64,000 nucleotides of DNA, taken from positions 1-64,000 of IMG/VR virus record IMGVR_UViG_3300033074_001257; one strand, 5' to 3'. The translations under genes were made by a program, and so were the position numbers. Source of the DNA: a virus. Taxonomy: Duplodnaviria > Caudoviricetes. Shown here one piece after another: positions 55,762 through 63,811 of this stretch (its first letter is position 1; each line of letters starts with the position of its first letter). The notes beneath the pieces are model-generated. The model did not search any database. It was given only the letters and a program-made list of their open reading frames with translations, and had not been told where the DNA came from.

Positions 55762-56709
55762 ATGGGTACCACAGAACTGCTCGGAGCATTGGCACAAAAT
55801 GTCGATGGCGAAACTCTGAAAATGATTGAAGATGGTCTGGCCAAAGCCATTGCCACTGCGGCAGATGACGCCAAGTGTGAAGCTGAAGCAGCGGCGGCAG
55901 TTAAGATCGACGACCTCGTCGAACAAAACAACGCCCTGAAACAGACTATCGAAAGCAACAAAGACGCGCACCTGGTTGAAAACATCACCCTGGTTACGCA
56001 ACATCAAGACGAGATCAAAAAATTGCAGTCCCTGGCTGAAGCCTATGCGACACAGTGTGTCAATGAAGCCGTGGACAAGAAGATCATCGAAGCCCGCGAG
56101 CAACATGCTAGCGTCGTTGCACAGTACACTGCACAAATTGACCAAATCAATGAAGCAGCGTCAAAGTACGCCAACCACGTTCAAAGCGAGCTGACCGAAC
56201 AAGCGACCGAGTACGTGACGAAAGTCATTGGCGAATACAAGGCCGAACATGAAACCATGTTTGAGTCCATTGCGAAGTTCAACCAAATGAACGGTCTGGT
56301 TGAGGGCATCAAGAACCTCATGGGTGCCGCAGGCTTCACACTCGACGACAGCGTCCGCTTTGACAATCTGCAACGTCAGGTAAATGAGGCACAGCAGCAG
56401 CGTGATGCTTTGCAACAGCAACTGAACGAAACGGTTAACCGACACAATCGCGAGAAGATTTTTGAGTCGCTGACTCACGACATGTCTGAACTTCAGCGTG
56501 AGCGGCTGGCTAAACTGAGCGAGTCCATCAAAGTCACTGAGGTGGGTGAATACAGCAGTGTACTCACTATGTTGAAAGAAAGCATCACGTCGCAGAACGT
56601 CAAAGTGGCTGCCTCACTTAACGAATCTGTTGACGTCGTGCCGCAAATCCAAACCCCTGTAAATAAAACCACAGATGTAACAAAAGCCGTCCTGTCCGGA
56701 CTGATTTAA
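55762..56709 (+). CDS. gp22: Prohead scaffold gp22
   Basis: Coiled-coil; Y..YV..E, L..G.K.L, LSE.Q.E.L..L.E; between gp21 and gp23. Confidence 0.85.
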   Translation: MGTTELLGALAQNVDGETLKMIEDGLAKAIATAADDAKCEAEAAAAVKIDDLVEQNNALKQTIESNKDAHLVENITLVTQHQDEIKKLQSLAEAYATQCVNEAVDKKIIEAREQHASVVAQYTAQIDQINEAASKYANHVQSELTEQATEYVTKVIGEYKAEHETMFESIAKFNQMNGLVEGIKNLMGAAGFTLDDSVRFDNLQRQVNEAQQQRDALQQQLNETVNRHNREKIFESLTHDMSELQRERLAKLSESIKVTEVGEYSSVLTMLKESITSQNVKVAASLNESVDVVPQIQTPVNKTTDVTKAVLSGLI

Positions 56710-56726
56710 AAAAGGAGCAACACGCA

Positions 56727-57962
56727 ATGACTACCACCCAGCGACTGTGCGAAGAAGCCGGCATCAAAGAGATTATGAATTACTCCGCACCCGGCGTGCC
56801 TAAAATTGAAGCCAATTCACTGCGCGAAGATGTCACCGCCCAGCTGATTAAAAACACCCAGACCAACATGAACGAAAGTCTGTCTGGCGTGGCCAACATG
56901 GAAACCTGGTCGCCTATCTTGATGTCGATGGTGCGCCGTGCAGTTCCGAAACTGATCGCCTATGATGTTATGGGCGTGCAGCCGATGACTGCTCCGACCA
57001 CCCTGATCTTTGCGCTGAAAGCTCGTTACGGCGTGGGTGCAGATGCGCACACTCCCGCTGAAGCGATGGGCGTGAAAGAAGTCGACACCGGATACTCAGG
57101 TACCGGAACCGATGCCCAAGTGGGCGCATCGCCCAAGAACAGTTTTGACGCTGCTTCGTATCCTGATGCTGCGCCAGGCACCGGTAAGGCCACCACCGCC
57201 GGTGAAATTGATCCGTGGGCACAGATGGGCATCACCATTGAAAAGACTGCGGTTGAAGCCAAGACCCGTCAACTGCGAGCCGACTACAGCCCGGAGCTGG
57301 CGGAGGACATGAGCCGCATTCACGGACTGAACGCGCGGACCGAGCTGATCAATGCCCTGTCGAATGAAATCGTCAGTGAAATGAACCGCGAGATGATCCG
57401 TACCATCTACTCCGCAGCCAAGCCGGGCGCACAGTGGACCGCCACTCCAGGTGCCTTTGATCTGTCAACCGATGCGGGCGGTCGCTGGGCCAATGAGAAG
57501 TTCAAAGGTCTGCACTTCGCCATCGAGCGTGATGCCAACCGCGTTTCGCTTGAAACCCGTCGCGGTCGCGGCAACAAGCTGATCGTCAGTGCCGACGTGG
57601 CTTCGGCGTTTGTTGCAGCCGGCATCCTGGACTTCGCGCCCGGTCTGCAAGCGCAAATGGATCTTGAAGTTGATCCGACCACCACCACCTACGCCGGCAA
57701 GATGGGACATTACGATGTCTACATCGACCCGTATGCTGTAGGCGACGGTTACGTCATCGGCTATCGCGGTGATCGTTACGACGCAGGTATTTTCTACTGC
57801 CCGTACATCCCTCTGCAAATGTACGCCGCTGTGACCACCACCAACTTCACGAACGCCCTGGGCTTCAAGACTCGTTATGGTCTGGTTGCCAACCCGTTCA
57901 CCTCGCTGAACGTGAACTCGAACGTCTATTACAGAAAAACAAAAGTTTCTGCTTTGATCTAG
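56727..57962 (+). CDS. gp23: Major capsid protein gp23
   Basis: VRRA.P.LIAYD..GVQPMT.PT..IFAL, EK..VEAKTRQL.A.YS.ELA.D...IHGL, FYCPYIPL, GFKTRYG...NPF. Confidence 0.97.
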   Translation: MTTTQRLCEEAGIKEIMNYSAPGVPKIEANSLREDVTAQLIKNTQTNMNESLSGVANMETWSPILMSMVRRAVPKLIAYDVMGVQPMTAPTTLIFALKARYGVGADAHTPAEAMGVKEVDTGYSGTGTDAQVGASPKNSFDAASYPDAAPGTGKATTAGEIDPWAQMGITIEKTAVEAKTRQLRADYSPELAEDMSRIHGLNARTELINALSNEIVSEMNREMIRTIYSAAKPGAQWTATPGAFDLSTDAGGRWANEKFKGLHFAIERDANRVSLETRRGRGNKLIVSADVASAFVAAGILDFAPGLQAQMDLEVDPTTTTYAGKMGHYDVYIDPYAVGDGYVIGYRGDRYDAGIFYCPYIPLQMYAAVTTTNFTNALGFKTRYGLVANPFTSLNVNSNVYYRKTKVSALI

Positions 57963-57991
57963 GTGTTATTTTTCAATAACTTACAACAAAA

Positions 57992-58015
57992 ACTGGGCCT
58001 CGTGCCCAGTTTTTT
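57992..58015 (+). terminator. Terminator after gp23 (copy 1 of a 24-bp direct repeat)
   Basis: ACTGGGC-ctcgt-GCCCAGT plus T tract; identical at 59211-59234. Confidence 0.85.
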
Positions 58016-58083
58016 ATTGACGCCGCATTTGCGATTGTCGTGTGCCTTGCTATAGTAAGAGTTTTAATGCGAAGATGACGGTT

Positions 58084-59208
58084 ATGAATCAACATGAGAT
58101 GCTTATGCGAGCTAAAAGTGAAATGGAACACCACATTAAATCTGAGCACCACTTTAACCGTTACCTGAAATTCATTGAATCTCGTAAAAATCGTCAACTG
58201 TCAATTAATTCTTATATCGAAGTTCACCATATCCTACCACGTTCATTGGCACCCAAATACAAGAAGCTAAAAGACCACCCTTGGAATGCTGTTTCGCTCA
58301 CGCCGCGTGAACACATTATCGCTCACATAATGTTATATCGTGCCTGTGGCGATCGAATGAAATTTGCTTTGAAGCTACTTCTTGATCTTGAGAATCTACA
58401 CGGCCGTATAAACTCGCGTCACTTTGCTCGCCTACGTGAAGGGCTGATAGATGCTCGTAAAGGTCACGGAATTTTTAAAGACAAGGACGGCAACCGTTTT
58501 ATCATGAAAAGTGACGACCCACGAATTGCTGAACTTGGTCTCGTGGGCAACAACAAAGGAAAAAAGCTCACAGAAGAGCAACTTGCCCAAATGCGCATCA
58601 GGGCTAAAAACAAACCCACCGCAGTGGTCTTAAAGTTATATGCCCTCACAAACACAGTGACATTTACACGCGCGAACGGCAACCTACACCTCATTGACGA
58701 ATACTTGTCACAAGGGTGGTTGCCCTACAAAGTTGACACCGCACTAAATCTTGAAATGGCAAAAGACAAAGTTTCACAAGCCCTAAAAGGTCGCGTTACT
58801 GCATACGACAAAGACGGCAATTACCTCGGTAGGTTTTACAGCGATGACGTCGTGTGGTCACAGCCTGGCGTTAAAAACTACCAAAAGACAGAAAAACGAG
58901 CAAAGCAACTAGCAGATCGCATCGAGAAAGCTAAACAAGCAAACATGGGCACCAAAGTCTACAACAACGGAACGGTGGCCATTAAAGTGAAGATTGGCGA
59001 TGAAGTTCCTGCCGGTTTTGTTAGCGGTGGACTGCCGCGCCCATCACGCCAAGGTGCAATAAGCAAACGACGAGTGACATTCACCCACGCCCAAATGGCG
59101 AACGCACTAGAAACACACAAGTCCATCCGTGCCGCTGCACAGTCACTTGGAATCAGTGACGTCACATTTAAAAACATCACAAAGCGTGAAGGATATGTAT
59201 TTGATTAA
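58084..59208 (+). CDS. Free-standing HNH homing endonuclease
   Basis: EVHHILPRS...WN.VSLTPREHIIAH; NUMOD-like repeats (KGKKLTEEQ, KVSQALKGR, VYNNG) and a C-terminal HTH; more AT-rich than its neighbours. Confidence 0.9.
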   Translation: MNQHEMLMRAKSEMEHHIKSEHHFNRYLKFIESRKNRQLSINSYIEVHHILPRSLAPKYKKLKDHPWNAVSLTPREHIIAHIMLYRACGDRMKFALKLLLDLENLHGRINSRHFARLREGLIDARKGHGIFKDKDGNRFIMKSDDPRIAELGLVGNNKGKKLTEEQLAQMRIRAKNKPTAVVLKLYALTNTVTFTRANGNLHLIDEYLSQGWLPYKVDTALNLEMAKDKVSQALKGRVTAYDKDGNYLGRFYSDDVVWSQPGVKNYQKTEKRAKQLADRIEKAKQANMGTKVYNNGTVAIKVKIGDEVPAGFVSGGLPRPSRQGAISKRRVTFTHAQMANALETHKSIRAAAQSLGISDVTFKNITKREGYVFD

Positions 59209-59210
59209 CC

Positions 59211-59235
59211 ACTGGGCCTCGTGCCCAGTTTTTTT
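59211..59235 (+). terminator. Terminator after the HNH gene (copy 2 of the 24-bp direct repeat)
   Basis: ACTGGGCCTCGTGCCCAGTTTTTT, identical to 57992-58015. Confidence 0.85.
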
Positions 59236-59333
59236 ACGGCTTCAAGACGTCAAGCGAAGCCCAAGCACAGCAGCAGCACAGCAACACGCGAAGCGCGACT
59301 AAATTACACACAAGCAAACTTGAGTCACTTGTG

Positions 59334-59825
59334 ATGCAACACCAACAGCGGGACACGTCCATCTTTAACCACGCCCTGGGAACGTCTGGCGTGATGAACT
59401 TCAAGAACGCGACCCAGTTCACCTATACCATTCTAGGTGTCAACTTTCCAGGCATTTCAATCAGCACCATTCCCCTGCCCTACAAAGACAATCTGATTTT
59501 CGTGCCAGACGACGTCGTGCAGCGTGACGAAATCAACATCACGTTCCTGGTGGACGAAAATCACGAAAACTACTGGTTCTTGCGCGACTGGATCAGCGGG
59601 GCCGCGCGATACGCTAAGAACTTTGAACGGATGAAAGACTGTTTTGACGACATGATTCTTGAGATCCACAATTCAAACAAGGTGATGACCCAAACGGTGA
59701 AGTTTGGCACAGCCTACCCAACGTCTATCACTGCCCTGAACTTCAGCACAGCAGTCAGTGAAGCTGAAGTCTTGCAAGCAGACGTGACTTTCGTGTACCA
59801 CACCATTGAACGAGTGATTTTGTGA
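59334..59825 (+). CDS. gp3: Tail tube terminator gp3
   Basis: V.FPGISI, P.D, ITFLVDE..ENY...DWI, A.P.SI..L.F. Confidence 0.8.
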   Translation: MQHQQRDTSIFNHALGTSGVMNFKNATQFTYTILGVNFPGISISTIPLPYKDNLIFVPDDVVQRDEINITFLVDENHENYWFLRDWISGAARYAKNFERMKDCFDDMILEIHNSNKVMTQTVKFGTAYPTSITALNFSTAVSEAEVLQADVTFVYHTIERVIL

Positions 59826-60001
59826 TGAGTAAATCCTACAAATACGACGCCGACCACAGCCACGCAAACGAATTCAAGAAGAAGCGTCGACAGACACGTC
59901 GCGTGAACGACGAGTTCAAGGACTGCGAGACGATACACTGGCACCACACCCACGCACTTCAGTCCCACGCACTTCAGAAACGCCACAAGCTGTTAAAGTG
60001 A
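59825..60001 (+). CDS. Small basic hypothetical protein
   Basis: 58-aa ORF (MSKSYKYDADHSHANEFKKKRRQ...) overlapping the gp3 stop. Confidence 0.35.
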   Translation: MSKSYKYDADHSHANEFKKKRRQTRRVNDEFKDCETIHWHHTHALQSHALQKRHKLLK

Positions 60002-60038
60002 GTCACTCGCGCCGTTGAGTGTTTCGTGACCGCCCCGC

Positions 60039-60071
60039 AAAGCCACTTATTCGCGCGATAGTGGCTTTTTT
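60039..60071. terminator. Bidirectional terminator
   Basis: AAAGCCACT...AGTGGCTTTTTT. Confidence 0.65.
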
Positions 60072-60282
60072 AACGGCTCGGTGGTGCAAGGGTACCTGAA
60101 GTGGCTTGACGCGCCTTAGAACGCAAATGATCGCCACTAAAAAAGCCCACCGCTTTTCTTGTTGTTTTGCGAGTGGGCGACAATGCCTTTCCGTGGCACC
60201 TTTTCATTTTACTTATGCGGCGAGCGTTCTGTGCTAGCTTATGCGTCAGCTCAAGCGAAGCGTCCAGCGTTTAGCTCGTGGT

Positions 60283-61029
60283 TTACCCCATGAAAGCCAT
60301 GACCGGGTAAGTGTACTGCTCCCACAGTTTAGTCTCAAGCTGCTCAATTTCCTGTGTCGCTTGATCTAGGATTCGCCCGCCGTTTAGTGTTCCGCCGCCC
60401 GGCAGCGCAACGCCCTCCATCTTGATCAGGTTGTTGCCCCACTGTTTTCGTATCAGCGCCGTGGCGTACTGCTTCAGCCAATTGTTGTTGTAAACTTGCT
60501 GGGTGTCGTTCATCGTGTAACACTTGTAGATGATGAACTGGTCTTTTCGTGTGGCGAGGTCTAAGGTGAGCTTCAGGGTCTTTTTGTAGAAATTGTGCTT
60601 GATCCGCACTTGGCTGCCCAGGAGTTCATTCAAGGTTGAGAGGTAGGACTTTGTTAGCACATAGTTCGATAGGCCGCCCGCGAACACATTCTGAATGATG
60701 TCGGTCAACATCCACTGGATTTGCAGGTTGTTCAAACTCAGGCTCGACAGCGATTGACTGTCTACGAGATTCGTCACGGTATAGACGTCGTCGCTTACAA
60801 TTAGATGACCGCGGTCAATGTCCTCTTGCGTGATCTTGTGTGCGCGGTACTGTTCTTCGGTGCCCTCAATGTGATACTGGAAAAAGAGTTGAAGTGCATC
60901 GTCAATTCGATCGTCGACCTGTTCATCACTCACGTTGACGGTGATTACCGGGTGACCTAATTGCCGCATACAGTAGGCCTTGAACTCATTTCGGTTGTCG
61001 ATGTCTTGCTGCCCGCGAAGTTCACTCAT
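60283..61029 (-). CDS. gp13: Neck protein gp13
   Basis: EFK.YC.RQLG.PVI.VNV..EQVDDRIDDALQ, W.K.YATALI..QWG.NL.K..G..LPGG..LNG. Confidence 0.93.
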   Translation of the reverse strand: MSELRGQQDIDNRNEFKAYCMRQLGHPVITVNVSDEQVDDRIDDALQLFFQYHIEGTEEQYRAHKITQEDIDRGHLIVSDDVYTVTNLVDSQSLSSLSLNNLQIQWMLTDIIQNVFAGGLSNYVLTKSYLSTLNELLGSQVRIKHNFYKKTLKLTLDLATRKDQFIIYKCYTMNDTQQVYNNNWLKQYATALIRKQWGNNLIKMEGVALPGGGTLNGGRILDQATQEIEQLETKLWEQYTYPVMAFMG

Positions 61030-61213
61030 GTTTTTTGTACCCGTGTGCTGTGGCTTGTGGGGCAGTGTGCCAATCGCTCGTGCCCATCTGCACTTTGACA
61101 TCGTCGATGATTTGACACAGCCGGTTCAGTGATTGTCTCTTGACACTGTCTTGCTTTGAGAGTTCGGCCATATCGTACTTGATTTTTTCAATGTGACTCA
61201 TCACGGCTTTCAT
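61022..61213 (-). CDS. Small hypothetical protein
   Basis: Overlaps the stop and start of its neighbours (coupled). Confidence 0.4.
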   Translation of the reverse strand: MKAVMSHIEKIKYDMAELSKQDSVKRQSLNRLCQIIDDVKVQMGTSDWHTAPQATAHGYKKHE

Positions 61214-61404
61214 AATTTACCTGACAATTGCTGAAGTAAGGTTTCGATTTTATTTAATTTTTGAGTAAGATCTTGGACTTGCATTTCAAGATTGATTTGT
61301 CGACGCATGGCCATCTGCTTCGCTGCCAGCCGCTCGCGTGCTTCGTGGTACGATTTCTGATCTTCGTTCACCACTGCCCGACCGTCTTTTACGTTGTATG
61401 ACAT
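61210..61404 (-). CDS. Small coiled-coil hypothetical protein
   Basis: 64 aa with a heptad pattern; SD ggggag. Confidence 0.55.
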   Translation of the reverse strand: MSYNVKDGRAVVNEDQKSYHEARERLAAKQMAMRRQINLEMQVQDLTQKLNKIETLLQQLSGKL

Positions 61405-61487
61405 CGCGATACTCCCCTGACAGTGTCCCGTGTGTTGCCGATAGCGATATTAAAGCTAGCAACATCACGAGCCGTATCACAAGCCGT

Positions 61488-61512
61488 AAAAAAACCGCCC
61501 ACTAGAGGCGGT
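61488..61512 (-). terminator. Terminator of the DUF932-like gene
   Basis: Minus strand ACCGCC-tctagt-GGGCGGT plus T tract. Confidence 0.65.
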
Positions 61513-61529
61513 CTCTTTCAAAGCACTTG

Positions 61530-62483
61530 TCAGGCAAAGACAAAAGCTTCTTCAGGACTGACGAAGGTGGGCGGCATGATGATTTGCTGCCGTTCTTTGA
61601 TTTTGCTTTCGTTCAGCAGAAGGTCGCTTGCCATCATGTCAAGGCGGTTGTTCGTGCTGCGATCGGTTTCGCTCGTGTGTGAACGCAGCTCGGTCAACAG
61701 GTTGTAAAGCGTGAAGCGGTTCAGGTGCGATGGGATCTGCTCACGAATGGCAGCAGTGTTCAGCGCCATTGTAGTGTAACGGTCGCTGAAGTTGATGGCG
61801 TCGGTGCCCTGAAGCATACGCTCCAGGCGTTCTTTCTGATGCAGCGGCGCTTCGTTCAGGCGTTCTTTCACATGCGTGTGAGCGTTCATGACCTCAGCAA
61901 CCGACGCCATCGTGTACTCGCTTTTTTCAAGCGACAGGATGATTTTTTCGCTTGCTTCTTTTGCCAACATCTCGCCGGCGATTTCCATGTGGCGGTGGTG
62001 GTGGTTGATCACCGGGATTTGGCGCACGAAAAACTCGCTGCGACCGACCATTCCGTTCTCGCAAATGAGACGCATGAGCTGGACGTTACTTTGCACGTTC
62101 GGGTTGAAGGGGCTGAACGTGTACCCAACCTCAAAATCAAACTTGCCGCCGTCGCCGTATTTCGCGATGTCGAACTGCGACTTCAGTGAAAAATTGCCGA
62201 CGCTGTCGTTCAGGTAAGCGATGGCATCATCGCTGTGCATGAAACCGGTGTAGGACGGCGGGCGGTGGTCCAGGAGTTTGTTGCCTTCAAAGACAAAGTG
62301 GCCGCCGCGCAGATTGTCAACCACCACTTGCGGGCTGGTGGCCTTAACGGCGCGTGCAATGGCGTGACGTGAACTGAGCTTCGCACTGTATTCGTTAGCG
62401 CGAAGGATGATGTCGTTGCCCTGAACCGAAACGTCGACGTCGGTGGCGTGGCGAACGAGCGTCTGTTTACCAGTGAATTTCAT
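61530..62483 (-). CDS. DUF932-like protein
   Basis: LMRLICENGMV (RLxCxNGM) signature and N..TLYN.LTE. Confidence 0.7.
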   Translation of the reverse strand: MKFTGKQTLVRHATDVDVSVQGNDIILRANEYSAKLSSRHAIARAVKATSPQVVVDNLRGGHFVFEGNKLLDHRPPSYTGFMHSDDAIAYLNDSVGNFSLKSQFDIAKYGDGGKFDFEVGYTFSPFNPNVQSNVQLMRLICENGMVGRSEFFVRQIPVINHHHRHMEIAGEMLAKEASEKIILSLEKSEYTMASVAEVMNAHTHVKERLNEAPLHQKERLERMLQGTDAINFSDRYTTMALNTAAIREQIPSHLNRFTLYNLLTELRSHTSETDRSTNNRLDMMASDLLLNESKIKERQQIIMPPTFVSPEEAFVFA

Positions 62484-62663
62484 AACAGTGTCTCACGTGA
62501 CGAAGGATGAAAGTGAGGGCCTTTTGTTGTAGCCCTCACAGCGTACTTTACAGCAATTTGCGGTAGTGTGCTAGCGTTTTTACCCATGCGAGCGTAAAGC
62601 CTCGAACTAGACTTTGAGGGTATAGGCGAGGGCAGTCAGTTTCACCAAGGTTGCTCAATGTCA

Positions 62664-62693
62664 TTGACATCATCCCATAGAACAAAGCATAAT
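62664..62693 (+). promoter_or_regulatory. Sigma70-like promoter for tnpB
   Basis: TTGACA-N18-CATAAT just upstream of ATG 62701. Confidence 0.65.
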
Positions 62694-62700
62694 GCGACCT

Positions 62701-63777
62701 ATGAAAACCCTCAAGTTCCGTCTCAAAGATAAACACGCCAAGCTACTCACCCGACTTGCTTGCGAAGTCAATTTGGTATGGAACTACGTCAATGACCTGT
62801 GCTTTAAACACCTTCAACGCACGGGCCAATTCTTTTCGGCCTTTGATGTTCAAAAATACACTGCGGGTGCCACCAAAGCAGGGCTAAACCTGCACAGTCA
62901 CACTATTCAAGCCATCAGCGAAGAACTGGTCACGCGCCGCAAACAGTTCAAAAAAGCCAAACTTAAATGGCGGGTCAGCAATCCCAATTCCTCTAAGAGA
63001 TCACTGGGCTGGATACCGTTTAAAGCTTCGGCAATCAAATGTCAACATGGTCAAGTTAGGTACCTGGGCCAATGGTTTAGCTTGTGGGACAGCTATGGCT
63101 TAGATCAGTACAAAGGCATGGTTAAAACGGGCTGTTTTGTTGAAGACAGCCGCGGCCGCTGGTATGTATGTTTGGTGGTAGACGTACCTAAAGACGAATC
63201 AAAAAAAGCGGCGTCGACCACTGCCATCGGCATCGACCTTGGGCTCAAAGACTTTGTCACGCTGTCTAATGGCCAAAAGATCGAAGCGCAGCGCATCTAC
63301 CGAAAATTTGAACCCAAACTGGCCACGGCACAACGTGCCCACAAAAAGCAACGGGTCAAGGCGATCCACGCCAAGATTAAAAACACCCGCCGCGATTTCC
63401 ATCATAAACTTAGCGCCGCACTGGTTAAAGACCATGCGGCCATCTTCGTTGGCAATGTGAACGCCAAAGGCTTAGCACAAACCAAACTGGCCAAGTCAGT
63501 ATTGGATGCAGGCTGGTCGGCGTTTAGAACCATGCTCAAGTACAAATGCCAGCAGGCAGGAGTATGGTTTGAAGAAGTCAACGAAGCGTATACCACCCAA
63601 ACTTGCTCGTGTTGCGGCTCACGCCAAGACAGTCCGAAAGGTAGGGCAGGCCTTGGAATAAGAGAATGGACTTGTGTGCAGTGCGGTACACTGCACGACC
63701 GCGACATCAATGCCGCCAAGAACATTCTCGCGCTCGGGCATGAGCGTCTCGCTGGAGGAATTCCCTCACCAAAGTGA
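62701..63777 (+). CDS. tnpB: RNA-guided endonuclease TnpB with a rearranged RuvC-II
   Basis: N-terminal HTH (LKFRL...VWNY), IGIDLGLK, IFVGNVN (G in place of E), VNEAYTTQTCSCCG, WTCVQCG..HDRDINAA.NI. Confidence 0.95.
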   Translation: MKTLKFRLKDKHAKLLTRLACEVNLVWNYVNDLCFKHLQRTGQFFSAFDVQKYTAGATKAGLNLHSHTIQAISEELVTRRKQFKKAKLKWRVSNPNSSKRSLGWIPFKASAIKCQHGQVRYLGQWFSLWDSYGLDQYKGMVKTGCFVEDSRGRWYVCLVVDVPKDESKKAASTTAIGIDLGLKDFVTLSNGQKIEAQRIYRKFEPKLATAQRAHKKQRVKAIHAKIKNTRRDFHHKLSAALVKDHAAIFVGNVNAKGLAQTKLAKSVLDAGWSAFRTMLKYKCQQAGVWFEEVNEAYTTQTCSCCGSRQDSPKGRAGLGIREWTCVQCGTLHDRDINAAKNILALGHERLAGGIPSPK

Positions 63778-63811
63778 GGGGAGGATGTCACTTGTAGATG
63801 TTTTTTTCATC
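63640..63811 (+). ncRNA. Predicted omegaRNA/reRNA (scaffold overlapping the tnpB 3' end and right end; guide ~63792-63811)
   Basis: Established TnpB architecture; the right end terminates at TCAC 63791; the 5' boundary is approximate. Confidence 0.55.

Larger units (their letters stand above)
62584..63791 (+). mobile_element. Non-autonomous IS200/IS605-family element (tnpB only, IS1341-like)
   Basis: Left end TTAC|ccatgcgagcgt-AAAG-hairpin(62599-62620); right end GAAT-hairpin(63763-63780)-GAGGATG-TCAC|. This architecture parallels the IS608 ends. No tnpA. Confidence 0.82.

Noticed and set aside
60000-60282. tRNA or structured ncRNA in the gp3-gp13 gap
   Set aside because: Only terminator hairpins and one copy of the dispersed motif; no cloverleaf or T-loop consensus found
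62548-62736. Minus-strand 62-aa ORF as a tnpA remnant
   Set aside because: No HUH or Y1 motifs; it spans the IS left end and flank, so it is probably spurious
62701-63777. TnpB as a nuclease-dead TldR regulator because the RuvC-II Glu is missing
   Set aside because: The compensating Glu in VNEAYT and both Asp residues are present, and the IS ends are intact
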